Assembly (NCBI GenBank): GCA_028708815.1
Contig: JAQVYB010000003.1
Span: 6,267 to 70,266, forward strand
Source: Kiritimatiellia bacterium
GTDB taxonomy: Bacteria; Verrucomicrobiota; Kiritimatiellia; RZYC01
Direction: 5' to 3'
Length of the DNA stretch: 64,000 nt
Below the pieces are notes generated by a model. That model was not told the origin of the DNA and made no database searches. It worked only from the letters and a program-made list of their open reading frames with translations. This document shows positions 1 through 8,970 of the stretch, piece after piece. Numbering within the stretch: the first letter of the stretch is position 1; every line of letters begins with the position of its first letter. The position numbers were made by a program, and so were the translations under genes.

Positions 1-14
1 ATTATCCCAACGAT

Positions 15-959
15 GTGGATTTGCTGAAACGGCTGGGTGCCCTTTATATCAGCATGAATGAGCCGATGAAGGGGCGTGATTGCCTTGAAGTTGTGGCGAG
101 ACTGAATCCAAAGGATCAGCAGGCGCTCAAAGCCCTGAAGGATGCCTCGGCGCTGGCTACCATGAAAAAGGGCAACTGGGAGAAAGAAGGATCCTTCCGC
201 GACAAAATGAAGGATAATAAGGAAGCCGAGCGTTTGGAGCAGCAGGCTAAGGCGGTGAAATCCGTGGTGGATATTCCGTCCATGATTGCCGAGCTGGAGC
301 AGAAAATTGCCCAGGAGCCCGGCAACATTAATTCCTATCGCTCCATGGCCGATCTCTATGCCAAGAGTCAGCATTTCGATAAGGCCATTGAGGTGTTACT
401 CGATGCCCAGCAGAAGGCGGAGGTGCCCGATCCACAGGTGGACCTGGCTATCAGCACGTATCGCGTGAAAGAGTTTGATCAGGAGATTGAAGCCCTGCGT
501 ACCGCCGGGCGGGAGGAAGAGGCCGCTGCGAAAGAGACCGAGCGCCTGGAATTCCGCATTAAAAATGCGCACGAATGCGTGACGCGCTATCCGAATGACC
601 TGCAGTTTGCCTTTACCTATGGTGAGCTGCTCTTTGAACAGGATGATCTCAATGCGGCCATTCAGCAATTTCAGCGGGCGCAGCGCAGTCCTCAGCGCCG
701 CACCAAATCGCTGTATTATCTGGCCCTGTGTTTTGAAAAGAAGGGCCAGTTGGATATTGCGCTGGAGCAGCTCAAGAAGGCCGCTTCGGAAATGCAGATG
801 ATGGACGAAGGGAAAAAGGATATTCTCTATGCCATGGGAACTCTGTATGAACAGATGGGCCAAAAAGAACAGGCCGTGGAGCACTACAAGGAAATTTATG
901 CGGTGGATATCGGATATAAGGACGTGGCCGACCGCATTGAACGTGCCTACAAGAAATAA
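15..959 (+). CDS. TPR-repeat protein, probably 5'-truncated by the window edge (reading frame stays open upstream of the GTG at 15)
   Basis: Long ORF with helical TPR-like repeats (LAxxYxxxGxxxxA pattern), K/E-rich; no stop upstream in frame to position 3. Confidence 0.45.
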   Translation: MDLLKRLGALYISMNEPMKGRDCLEVVARLNPKDQQALKALKDASALATMKKGNWEKEGSFRDKMKDNKEAERLEQQAKAVKSVVDIPSMIAELEQKIAQEPGNINSYRSMADLYAKSQHFDKAIEVLLDAQQKAEVPDPQVDLAISTYRVKEFDQEIEALRTAGREEEAAAKETERLEFRIKNAHECVTRYPNDLQFAFTYGELLFEQDDLNAAIQQFQRAQRSPQRRTKSLYYLALCFEKKGQLDIALEQLKKAASEMQMMDEGKKDILYAMGTLYEQMGQKEQAVEHYKEIYAVDIGYKDVADRIERAYKK

Positions 960-963
960 TCGG

Positions 964-1956
964 GTGTCTGTTGTGATTCCGATTTTTCGGGCATTCCGAT
1001 TTTCGTTTGTGTTGTCGTTTGGCCTGCTTGTGCTCGCCGGCTGTGGACGGGCGCCGGATACGTCTGTGCCGGATTATACTCCGGGAGCGGATGAGTTTTC
1101 GGTCATGTCGTTCAACCTGCACCAATACAGTCTGCAGGATCGCGACGGCGATGGTCAGGTGAATGACCCGAAGCCTGCGGAAGAGCGGCGGGCGGTTGTT
1201 GAAATTATCCGCAGCGAAAATCCGGATATTCTGGTGGTTCAGGAAATGGGCGATCCTTCCGTCTTTCAGGAATTTCTCTTTGCCTTGAAGGAAGCCGGAT
1301 TGGACTATGAACACGTTGAGTATCTGCGTCGCGGGAAGTCCTCAATTACCATGGCCCTGCTCAGTCGCTTTCCGTTTGCCTCCCGCGAATCGCACCTGGA
1401 TGACATCTACAGCATCGGCGAAGCCAAATTGCCGGTTGCCCGCGGCTTTATTGACGTGGTCGTTCAGGTGAACACCTCTTATACCATCCGCATCCTGGGC
1501 GCCCACCTGAAAGCCAAGGTCTTTTCTCCGATGGGCCATACTGAAATGCGTCGCAACGAGGCCCGCCTCCTGAATAAAAACGTGCGGCAGGCGATGAAGA
1601 ACAATCCCGCAGAAAACATCCTCGTGCTGGGTGATCTGAACGATTCCTTCCAGTCCGCCGCCCTGAGGGAAGTCATGGGCAAACGCCGCCGCATACTCTT
1701 TGATCTTCGGCCCCTGGATGAATGGGGCGATGCGTGGACGCATTTCAACCGGGAGGACGACTCGTATGCCCGTATCGACTATTTTCTTGTGAACGGCGAA
1801 CTGCTCTCCGAAATCAACCGCAAGAAGACCCGCACCGTTCGGAACCCGCTGACGTATGAGGCGTCGGATCACCGTCCGATTGTTGCCGTGATACGTGCGG
1901 TGGATGCCGTGACAACCAACCAGGTTTCCGCCAAAGATCTGGATGGGGACGACTAG
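964..1956 (+). CDS. Endonuclease/exonuclease/phosphatase (EEP) family lipoprotein
   Basis: GTG start gives signal peptide with lipobox (LLVLAGC); EEP-like motifs (MSFNLH, ILVVQE, LGDLND, SDHRPI); longer ORF from 829 overlaps upstream gene and is rejected. Confidence 0.65.
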   Translation: MSVVIPIFRAFRFSFVLSFGLLVLAGCGRAPDTSVPDYTPGADEFSVMSFNLHQYSLQDRDGDGQVNDPKPAEERRAVVEIIRSENPDILVVQEMGDPSVFQEFLFALKEAGLDYEHVEYLRRGKSSITMALLSRFPFASRESHLDDIYSIGEAKLPVARGFIDVVVQVNTSYTIRILGAHLKAKVFSPMGHTEMRRNEARLLNKNVRQAMKNNPAENILVLGDLNDSFQSAALREVMGKRRRILFDLRPLDEWGDAWTHFNREDDSYARIDYFLVNGELLSEINRKKTRTVRNPLTYEASDHRPIVAVIRAVDAVTTNQVSAKDLDGDD

Positions 1957-2028
1957 CAAGCCGTCAGGATGTACTTCTCCATCGCGGATGGGTTTATATG
2001 ATCCATACCGATCCGGGCGCCCGCGACC

Positions 2029-3306
2029 TTATGATGCGCCAAGCGGGACGTAGCGGAATTCTTCGGGTACGGGGTCGCCCCCTTCCCAGACAATGCGGCG
2101 AAAGAGTTCGGGATCGGTGTTGCCTTCGGTGTTGATGAGTAGAACCTGGGAGGAGGAGTCGAGCTTCATCTTTTTCTTCAGGTCGGCAAGGGTGTCGGTT
2201 TCGGCGGCGAACATGAGCGCGCCGAGGGTTACGGCGCCGGATTCGCCGGAGATGATGAAGGGGTCATCGTGCAGGGGAACGCCGTAGACGCGCATACCCT
2301 TGGCGGCGACATAATCGGGGCAGGAAAGAAAGAAGTCGGCGCAGTGATCCAGAATGCTCCAGGCGATCGGGCTCGGATCGCCGCAGGCCAATCCGGCCAT
2401 GATCGTGTTGAGATTTCCTCCGACGGAGTGAGGTTTGCCATCGGCGATTCTGGCCGATTCGAAGAGGCAGGCCGCCTTGTCCGGCTCCACCACGATGGTG
2501 ATTGGGCGGTCCTTTCCGAAGAGTTTGGAATAGTAGCCTATGACGGAGGCGGCCAGCGCGCCCACGCCCGCCTGGACGAATACATGGGTCGGGTGGGTGA
2601 TGCCCTGTGCAGAGAGCTGCTCCTGCGCTTCGGCCAGAAGGGTGGTGTAGCCCTGCATGACCCAAAGGGGAATGTCTTCGTAGCCTTCCCACGAGGTGTC
2701 GGAAATAACCTGCCAGCCGTTCGCCTTGGCGTCGATGTTGATCATCCGTACGGCATCGTCGTAGGTGCCGGAGATCACTTTTACCTGTGCGCCGTAGGCT
2801 TCAATGGCCCGAATGCGCGGTTTGGAGGTGCGCTCGTGCACATAGACCACGCACTTGAATCCGAGTTCCATGGCGGCCCACGCCACGCCGCGTCCGTGAT
2901 TGCCGTCGGTGGCGGTGGCGAAGGTAATGTCACCGAGCTGCGCACGCACTTTTTCGGATTTCAATTCTGTCACGGTCAGCTCGCGATCCCGGATGTTGAG
3001 CTGCTTTCGAAGAAACTGGTAAAGAGCAAACGAACCGCCCAGCACCTTGAAGGAGTTGAGGGCCAGTCGCTCAGACTCGTCCTTTACCCAGATGCCGCCG
3101 ACTCCGATCATGGCGGCCAGCGAGGCGAGGTTCTTCAGCGGACTCATGCGGTAGCCGTCGAGTTGGCGATGAAACTGTCGGGCGACACTGGTGATGCCCT
3201 GAGGCAGCAGACGAAGCAAGGCCGCGCATTCGTCGCGGTTTTTCGCGTGTATGTTCTCAATCCATTCCATCGGAAGGTTCATTTGCTCTTTGTTCATGGG
3301 AAACAC
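2029..3306 (-). CDS. Diaminopropionate ammonia-lyase-like PLP-dependent enzyme (fold-type II)
   Basis: Motifs VKDESERLALNSFKVLGGSFA and ATDGNHGRGVAWAA match DpaL/YgeX family as remembered; ~425 aa. Confidence 0.6.
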   Translation of the reverse strand: MFPMNKEQMNLPMEWIENIHAKNRDECAALLRLLPQGITSVARQFHRQLDGYRMSPLKNLASLAAMIGVGGIWVKDESERLALNSFKVLGGSFALYQFLRKQLNIRDRELTVTELKSEKVRAQLGDITFATATDGNHGRGVAWAAMELGFKCVVYVHERTSKPRIRAIEAYGAQVKVISGTYDDAVRMINIDAKANGWQVISDTSWEGYEDIPLWVMQGYTTLLAEAQEQLSAQGITHPTHVFVQAGVGALAASVIGYYSKLFGKDRPITIVVEPDKAACLFESARIADGKPHSVGGNLNTIMAGLACGDPSPIAWSILDHCADFFLSCPDYVAAKGMRVYGVPLHDDPFIISGESGAVTLGALMFAAETDTLADLKKKMKLDSSSQVLLINTEGNTDPELFRRIVWEGGDPVPEEFRYVPLGAS

Positions 3307-3561
3307 CCTTTCATCTTGGAAACGCCTCTATCCTGAATGTTGCCGATAGAAATACAAGGACAAACCGCCGACCATCAACAGGCCGCCGCAAGTTCATGGG
3401 ATTTCCGTCCCGACGGTCTGCCGGAGAACCACCGTGGAGCGCTGCTTTGCCTTGACTGTGGAATAATCTTCGTATGGAAAAGGGCTTTATTTTGGCGCTT
3501 TTCGACAGTACCCTTGTCGCTTGTTCTGTGTTCTGAACCGGTTGGCTGAAAGGAAACGGAT

Positions 3562-4485
3562 ATGGCGGCTGCTGCGCGCGAAATCAAGGTGTCGGATTAT
3601 CTGGCCGAAGGAAACATCCTCTGCCGTATGGGCAATATTCCTGCCCACGAGGCGGTGGATCGTCTGGTCAGCCTGCTTTTCATGCACGTGGGTGGATTCG
3701 ATCGCCAGGGCGCGATTGATTCGGTCATGGAACGGGAGCAGTTGGACTCTACGGTGCTGATTGAGGGGCTCGCTCTTCCGCACGCGCGGATGGATGGCTT
3801 GCAGCAGCCGATGGTCGCGGTCGGTCTTTCGCACGAAGGCGTGTATTTCCCGGAAAACAACGAGCTGGTGCGCATCCTCATTTTGGTGCTGACTCCGAAG
3901 TCGGATCCGAGTGCGTATCTCAAGTTGGTCTCGGCCATTTCCAAGTCGTTATCGGAGGAGTCGCTTCGCCTTCGACTGGGGCTGTGCGATACCCCGTCGG
4001 AGGCCTATGCCCTCCTGACCGCAGGTGTCCGCGGCATTCCCGCGCATTTGGTGGCCCGTGATTTGATGAACGCACAACCGGTCACCGTGCGGGAGGAAGA
4101 TGACCTGGCGACGGCCATTTCGGCGTTTTGCGTGCAGCGCCAGATGGACATTCCGGTGGTGGATGAGACGGGTGATATACGCGGGGTGCTGGCCATTGAG
4201 GACTTGCTGCACCTGAGCCTGCCGGAGCATTTTCTCTGGATGGAGGATTTGACCCCGATCGTCAATTTTCAACCCTTTGCCGAATTGCTGAGGAAGGACC
4301 ACGAGACCAAGGTGGCGGACTTTATGCGGGATCGTTTCACCACGATGGATCCGGAAACGCCGGCCATTCAGTTGGCCAAGGATTTTCTGAAGAGCGGGGT
4401 GCGGCAGATTATGCTGGCGGAAAACGACAAGTTGATCGGTGTGGTCAATGTACAGAATTTTGTGGCTCAACTTTTCTGGGCATAA
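3562..4485 (+). CDS. PTS EIIA(Ntr)/fructose-type EIIA domain fused to a CBS-domain pair
   Basis: N-terminal EIIA-2 signature around LALPHARM with conserved His; C-terminal tandem CBS-like segments (IPVVDETGDIRGVLAIEDLL; LIGVVNVQNFV). Confidence 0.55.
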   Translation: MAAAAREIKVSDYLAEGNILCRMGNIPAHEAVDRLVSLLFMHVGGFDRQGAIDSVMEREQLDSTVLIEGLALPHARMDGLQQPMVAVGLSHEGVYFPENNELVRILILVLTPKSDPSAYLKLVSAISKSLSEESLRLRLGLCDTPSEAYALLTAGVRGIPAHLVARDLMNAQPVTVREEDDLATAISAFCVQRQMDIPVVDETGDIRGVLAIEDLLHLSLPEHFLWMEDLTPIVNFQPFAELLRKDHETKVADFMRDRFTTMDPETPAIQLAKDFLKSGVRQIMLAENDKLIGVVNVQNFVAQLFWA

Positions 4486-4558
4486 GTAAGAGGGGCGGCC
4501 CGATGAGGGCCGCAGGCATACACAGAGCGGGGGCACCCCGCGCAACCGGGATGGAATT

Positions 4559-6106
4559 ATGGCTGAAGCGGAAGAAACCACGGGAATCAGTGCGGGGCAG
4601 TTCATCCGACGCCTGCTGTTGTTGCTTGGTTTGAGTGTGGGGGTCGGATTCGCCTCGAGACTGCTTGGAATGGAAGTGCACCAGCAAGTGGCCACGGCGG
4701 TCTTCTTCTCGATCATTCTGGGATCGCTTTTTTTCTGGGCGTTCCGTCTGGCCATCGCCTTTTTGGGCATCGGGATTCTGATTGTCACCAATTCGTTGAA
4801 CATCCCGCATTTTGTAGAGGCGGCGGCGTTGCCGGTGATTCTCTTTCTGGTGGGTATGATGATCATTGTGGGTGCGTTGCGGGATCTGGGCTTTTTCACC
4901 TGGATTGTGCAGGGCATCATTTCCATTCCGAACATCACCGGGCGCAAGTTTGTAATGGTGACGGCGGTGGCCTCGGCGCTCCTGGCCTGTGCGGTGGATG
5001 AGGTGACTTCGATTATTTTCATCGCCACGCTGATTTTTCAGGTGTGTCAGCGCCTGAAGCTGAGCCCGACACCGTATATTATTATCTGCGTGCTTTGTAC
5101 CAATGTGGGTAGTGCAGGCACCATGATGGGCAATCCCGTGGGCATTTTCATTGGAACGCAGGCGGGGTTTTCGTTTGAGGATTTCATTTACTGGGCCTTT
5201 CCTATTATGCTGGTCAGTCTGGCCGCCACGGTGGCGCTGACCATGTTCTGGTACCGCCGCGAAATGGATGAGTTTCAGGAACGTCTCAAGGAGCGGATGG
5301 ATCGCAACCTGAGTCTGGTTCCGAAGGTGAAGGTGCCCTACAAGCGAAGTCTGTTTGTGCTGGGGTTTACGCTGGTGATGATTGCCTCGCATCATCAGCT
5401 GGAACATGCCTTCGGGTTGGGCCCGAACAGCATGTTGCTGGTGGCGCCGCTCATCTGTGCGGGCGTGATTATGATCGTGCGCCGTCAGCGGGCGCGCTAT
5501 TACGTGGAACATGAGGTGGATTGGTGGACGCTGCTCTTCTTCATGCTGCTCTTTGCGATTGCAGGCACCCTGGAGTATACGGGGGTGACCGGGGTCCTGG
5601 CGGGGCACTTCGTGAAGGTTTTCGGACACGATCAGCGCGTATTGATACCGGTCATCATGGCGACCACGGCCATTGGTTCGGCCTTTGTGGACAACGTGGT
5701 TTTTGTGGCGGCCTTTGCGCCGGTGATCAAGGAGCTGGGGAGGACGGTGGCCGCCACACCGCTCTGGTGGGCGTTGCTTTTTGGGGCGTGCTTCGGAGGC
5801 AATATCACCCTGATCGGCAGTACCGCCAACATCGTGGCGCTGGGTATGCTGGAAAAACAATCGCGCAGCACGGTGCGTTTTCTGGATTGGCTGAAGATCG
5901 GTGCGCTTTCCTCGCTGTTGGCCTGTCTCATTGCCTGGGGCATGCTGGCGGCGCTCCATTCCTATATGCCGGAGAAAAGCACGGCGGTTCGCGAAGCGCC
6001 TGTTCCGGCCGAGGCGGGGCATGCCGCCGCTGCGCCCGGAACGCATGAGTCAGGAGGCGGTTCGTCCATAGGGCTTGATCCCGTGGCGGAACGTGTTAGT
6101 ATCTGA
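4559..6106 (+). CDS. ArsB/NhaD/CitT-superfamily anion permease
   Basis: 515 aa polytopic membrane protein with duplicated hydrophobic halves and GNPxG/GNITLIGSTANIV motifs. Confidence 0.6.
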   Translation: MAEAEETTGISAGQFIRRLLLLLGLSVGVGFASRLLGMEVHQQVATAVFFSIILGSLFFWAFRLAIAFLGIGILIVTNSLNIPHFVEAAALPVILFLVGMMIIVGALRDLGFFTWIVQGIISIPNITGRKFVMVTAVASALLACAVDEVTSIIFIATLIFQVCQRLKLSPTPYIIICVLCTNVGSAGTMMGNPVGIFIGTQAGFSFEDFIYWAFPIMLVSLAATVALTMFWYRREMDEFQERLKERMDRNLSLVPKVKVPYKRSLFVLGFTLVMIASHHQLEHAFGLGPNSMLLVAPLICAGVIMIVRRQRARYYVEHEVDWWTLLFFMLLFAIAGTLEYTGVTGVLAGHFVKVFGHDQRVLIPVIMATTAIGSAFVDNVVFVAAFAPVIKELGRTVAATPLWWALLFGACFGGNITLIGSTANIVALGMLEKQSRSTVRFLDWLKIGALSSLLACLIAWGMLAALHSYMPEKSTAVREAPVPAEAGHAAAAPGTHESGGGSSIGLDPVAERVSI

Positions 6107-6174
6107 GGCTGCGGGTTGGGCACATGGTTGGTGCGATTGGGGCAGAGTCTGTCTGAGACGAACTGAGCAGGAGT

Positions 6175-6654
6175 ATGGCCAGGATAATTGTAGGCATATC
6201 GGAGATGGCAATATCAGAATCGGCAGGCGATGTGCTTGTTACGCATTCGTTGGGTTCCTGTCTCGGGTTTGCCCTTTATGACTCGACCATGAAGATCGGC
6301 GGGTTGCTGCACAGCATGCTTCCGCTTTCCTCCACCGATTATCCACGTGCGCGGAAAAATCCGGCCATGTTTGTGGATACGGGCGTGACAAAGCTGCTGG
6401 AGCAGATGTTCAAGCGCGGTTGCTCCCGGGAAAACCTCGTCGTCAAAGTTGCCGGTGGCGCCCGGGTGTTGGATCGGCAGGATCTCTTTCGTATCGGCGA
6501 ACGCAACTATACCGTTTTCCGAAAGGTACTCTGGAAAAACAACCTGCTGATTGCAGGGGAAGATGTGGGGGGCTCTGTCTCGCGCTCGGTGCGCCTTGAA
6601 CTGGGCTGCGGGCGGTTTTACGTGCGAACCGGATCGGAGGAAAGGGAGCTGTGA
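6175..6654 (+). CDS. cheD: Chemoreceptor glutamine deamidase CheD
   Basis: 159 aa; conserved CheD core (HSLGSCLG...GGLLHSMLP...VKVAGGA). Confidence 0.75.
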   Translation: MARIIVGISEMAISESAGDVLVTHSLGSCLGFALYDSTMKIGGLLHSMLPLSSTDYPRARKNPAMFVDTGVTKLLEQMFKRGCSRENLVVKVAGGARVLDRQDLFRIGERNYTVFRKVLWKNNLLIAGEDVGGSVSRSVRLELGCGRFYVRTGSEEREL

Positions 6655-7550
6655 ATCAGAAGCCGACAACCTCATTGATTATCCCCCCCGAGCTGGCCGA
6701 ATACTACGGAAGGCGCATTCGATTGTCGGTGCAGCAGTTTCCCGGCATGCCGATCTTTGTGTCTCAATTGTTCAACGAGCTGAAGCAGGAGGAAACGGAC
6801 ATGCGGGTGCTGAGCGAACAGCTCCGGGTGGATCCGGGGATTACTGTTAATCTGCTCCGCCTGGCCAATTCGGCCCGTTTCGGCGCCAGCCGGGAAATCA
6901 AGTCCGTTCACGAGGCGGTGGTTCGCCTCGGGGTACGCCGCACGACGGAAATCCTCCTGGCTTTTCATGTGGCGGGTCATTTCTCACATCCCCTGAAGGG
7001 GTATGATTTAAGTGCGAGCGAACTCATGAAGCACTCGCTGTGGGCGGCGTTGGCCGCCGAAAAAGTCTGCACGGAAATTCCCGACGCTCCGTCGCCGGAA
7101 TATGCCTTCACTGCGGCCCTGCTGCATGATATAGGAAAGGTCATTCTGAGTGATTTTGTCATGGAGGAGCAGCCCGCCATCGTGCAGCTGGTGCAGCATG
7201 AAAAGTATTCTTTCGACGAGGCGGAGAAAAGGGTGTTGGGGTGGACGCACGCCGAGACGGGGTCCGCCATCCTGAATCACTGGAATTTTCCGGATCTTCT
7301 GATTCAGGTGGCGCGGTATCATCACGACCCCGGGCAGGCGCCGGAAGAGTACCGGATGCTCGCCGGCATCGTGCACGTCGCCGATTTTCTGGCCTATTGC
7401 CAGGGGCCGGGCGCCGGCGTGGATGGGTTCAGTTATCATTTCCGCGAGGCGGTGTTGGAGCGGCTCCCGCTCAACAAGTCCGTCGTTGAGCGTATTGCGG
7501 GGGAAACGCTGGAGCAGGTAGAGGCGTTCAATGCAGCGCTTGGATTGTAA
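6651..7550 (+). CDS. HDOD-domain signalling protein
   Basis: HDOD signature (LRLANSARFG, VHEAVVRLG, LLHDIGKVIL, HAETG); start overlaps cheD stop. Confidence 0.7.
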   Translation: MNQKPTTSLIIPPELAEYYGRRIRLSVQQFPGMPIFVSQLFNELKQEETDMRVLSEQLRVDPGITVNLLRLANSARFGASREIKSVHEAVVRLGVRRTTEILLAFHVAGHFSHPLKGYDLSASELMKHSLWAALAAEKVCTEIPDAPSPEYAFTAALLHDIGKVILSDFVMEEQPAIVQLVQHEKYSFDEAEKRVLGWTHAETGSAILNHWNFPDLLIQVARYHHDPGQAPEEYRMLAGIVHVADFLAYCQGPGAGVDGFSYHFREAVLERLPLNKSVVERIAGETLEQVEAFNAALGL

Positions 7551-7555
7551 GGAAG

Positions 7556-7945
7556 GTGCGTTTGGATATGGCCTACACGATTTTGGTGGTGGACAATTCC
7601 CTGCTTGCGCGCACCTTTATGGAAAAGGCCCTTCGGCTTTCCGGCCTGCCGATCGGGGAGATCTGTCTGGCCTGCAACGGACGCGAAGCCCTGCAAGTGA
7701 TGGAGGAGCGTTGGATTGATCTGGTGCTTACGGCCATCAATATGCCCGAGATGAACGGGTTGGAGCTGGTGCAGACCATGCGTGCCGGTCCGGCGCTTAA
7801 GAATCTCCCGGTGGTGATTGTATCCTCCGTGCGCAGCGAGGCCCGTATGCGGGAGCTGGAGCAACTCGGCATCAAGGGCTACGTCACGAAACCCTTCACC
7901 CCTGAAAAACTGAAACAGATCGTGGAAGGATTGTTGCCTGCATGA
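7556..7945 (+). CDS. CheY-like single-domain response regulator
   Basis: REC fold: ILVVDNS, phospho-acceptor D in DLVLTAINMPEMNG, conserved K in GYVTKPF. Confidence 0.75.
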   Translation: MRLDMAYTILVVDNSLLARTFMEKALRLSGLPIGEICLACNGREALQVMEERWIDLVLTAINMPEMNGLELVQTMRAGPALKNLPVVIVSSVRSEARMRELEQLGIKGYVTKPFTPEKLKQIVEGLLPA

Positions 7946-7964
7946 GTCCGTTCAAGGAGATGTT

Positions 7965-8468
7965 ATGACCGAGAATCCCGCCATCCCCCGGCTTGCCGGC
8001 GAGGATGTGCATGAAATTCTGTATGATGTGGCCGCCGACGTACTCGAGAAGTTTGCCTTCCTGTTTCTTTCCCCGGCGGGGTCGGTCCCTGTCCCGTTTC
8101 GTGGTCGTATGTTTCTGCATGCCGAAATCGAATTTTCCGGGCCCTTTTCAGGCCGGCTCTCGCTGGTTGCGTCCCCATCGTTTTGTTCGTTGCTGGCGGC
8201 GAATGTGCTGGGCATGGAGCCCGCAGAACTGACGGTGGAACACGCGGAGGACGCCCTCAGGGAACTGGTCAATGTGATCTGTGGAGAATTGCTGGTGGCC
8301 CTGGCCGGGAAGGCTGTGATCTTTGACCTGTCGGCGCCTGTACTCAAGCGGATCAGCGCCGCCGACGCTCAGGCCGTCGCCGTGCTTCCGGAATCTCTGG
8401 CCGTGATTGTGGATGAGGAACCGCTGATCATTGCATCGGCCCTGTGTTTGGACCACGACACACGATGA
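7965..8468 (+). CDS. CheX/CheC-like chemotaxis phosphatase domain protein
   Basis: 167 aa; resembles CheX family (E/N-containing helix ELVNVICGELL); position after CheY. Confidence 0.5.
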   Translation: MTENPAIPRLAGEDVHEILYDVAADVLEKFAFLFLSPAGSVPVPFRGRMFLHAEIEFSGPFSGRLSLVASPSFCSLLAANVLGMEPAELTVEHAEDALRELVNVICGELLVALAGKAVIFDLSAPVLKRISAADAQAVAVLPESLAVIVDEEPLIIASALCLDHDTR

Positions 8469-8568
8469 AGCGGTCTCCGTGGTCTGTGGCCTGCCCGGCC
8501 CGCAGAATTAATGCCGCCTGCGAAATAAAGCCATTGCAGGACTGTGCCCAACGTATTATGTTGCGCGT

Positions 8569-8967
8569 TTGCGATGGATGAAAAAACAGGGAAACGAAAT
8601 CGGAATGACCACACTCCTGATGATTGATGACGAGGAATTGTTTCTGAAATCAATGTCCCGCTATTTTGAGCGCAAGGGGTACCGCGTGGTGGCCGAACGC
8701 CTGGCGGAAAAGGCGCTCGCGTGTTTCCAGGCCGAGCCGGAAGCCTTTGATGCCGTCATCCTGGATCATGATATGCCCGATCTTTCCGGTGCGGAATGCC
8801 TGCGGCGCATCCTGGCGCTGCGCCCCGAAACACCCGTTATCGTGATGAGCGGATACCCGCCTGAAACGCTGCCGCCCGGCGACTACGCGCGCGCACGCGC
8901 CCTCCTGGGAAAACCCATGGACCTGGCCGATGTGGAGCGGGCGGTTCAGGCTTGTCTGAAGAGATAA
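8569..8967 (+). CDS. Single-domain response regulator (REC)
   Basis: LLMIDDEE...ILDHDMPDLSG...VIVMSGY...GKP receiver motifs; true start may be the ATG at ~8605. Confidence 0.65.
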   Translation: MRWMKKQGNEIGMTTLLMIDDEELFLKSMSRYFERKGYRVVAERLAEKALACFQAEPEAFDAVILDHDMPDLSGAECLRRILALRPETPVIVMSGYPPETLPPGDYARARALLGKPMDLADVERAVQACLKR

Positions 8968-8970
8968 CGC

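Noticed and set aside
829-963. Upstream extension of the EEP nuclease ORF
   Set aside because: Overlaps the TPR gene in another frame; the GTG at 964 gives a proper lipoprotein signal peptide
4445-6046. 533-aa and 359-aa minus-strand ORFs (3949..5028)
   Set aside because: Antisense to the permease and EIIA-CBS genes; Arg/His-rich nonsense composition
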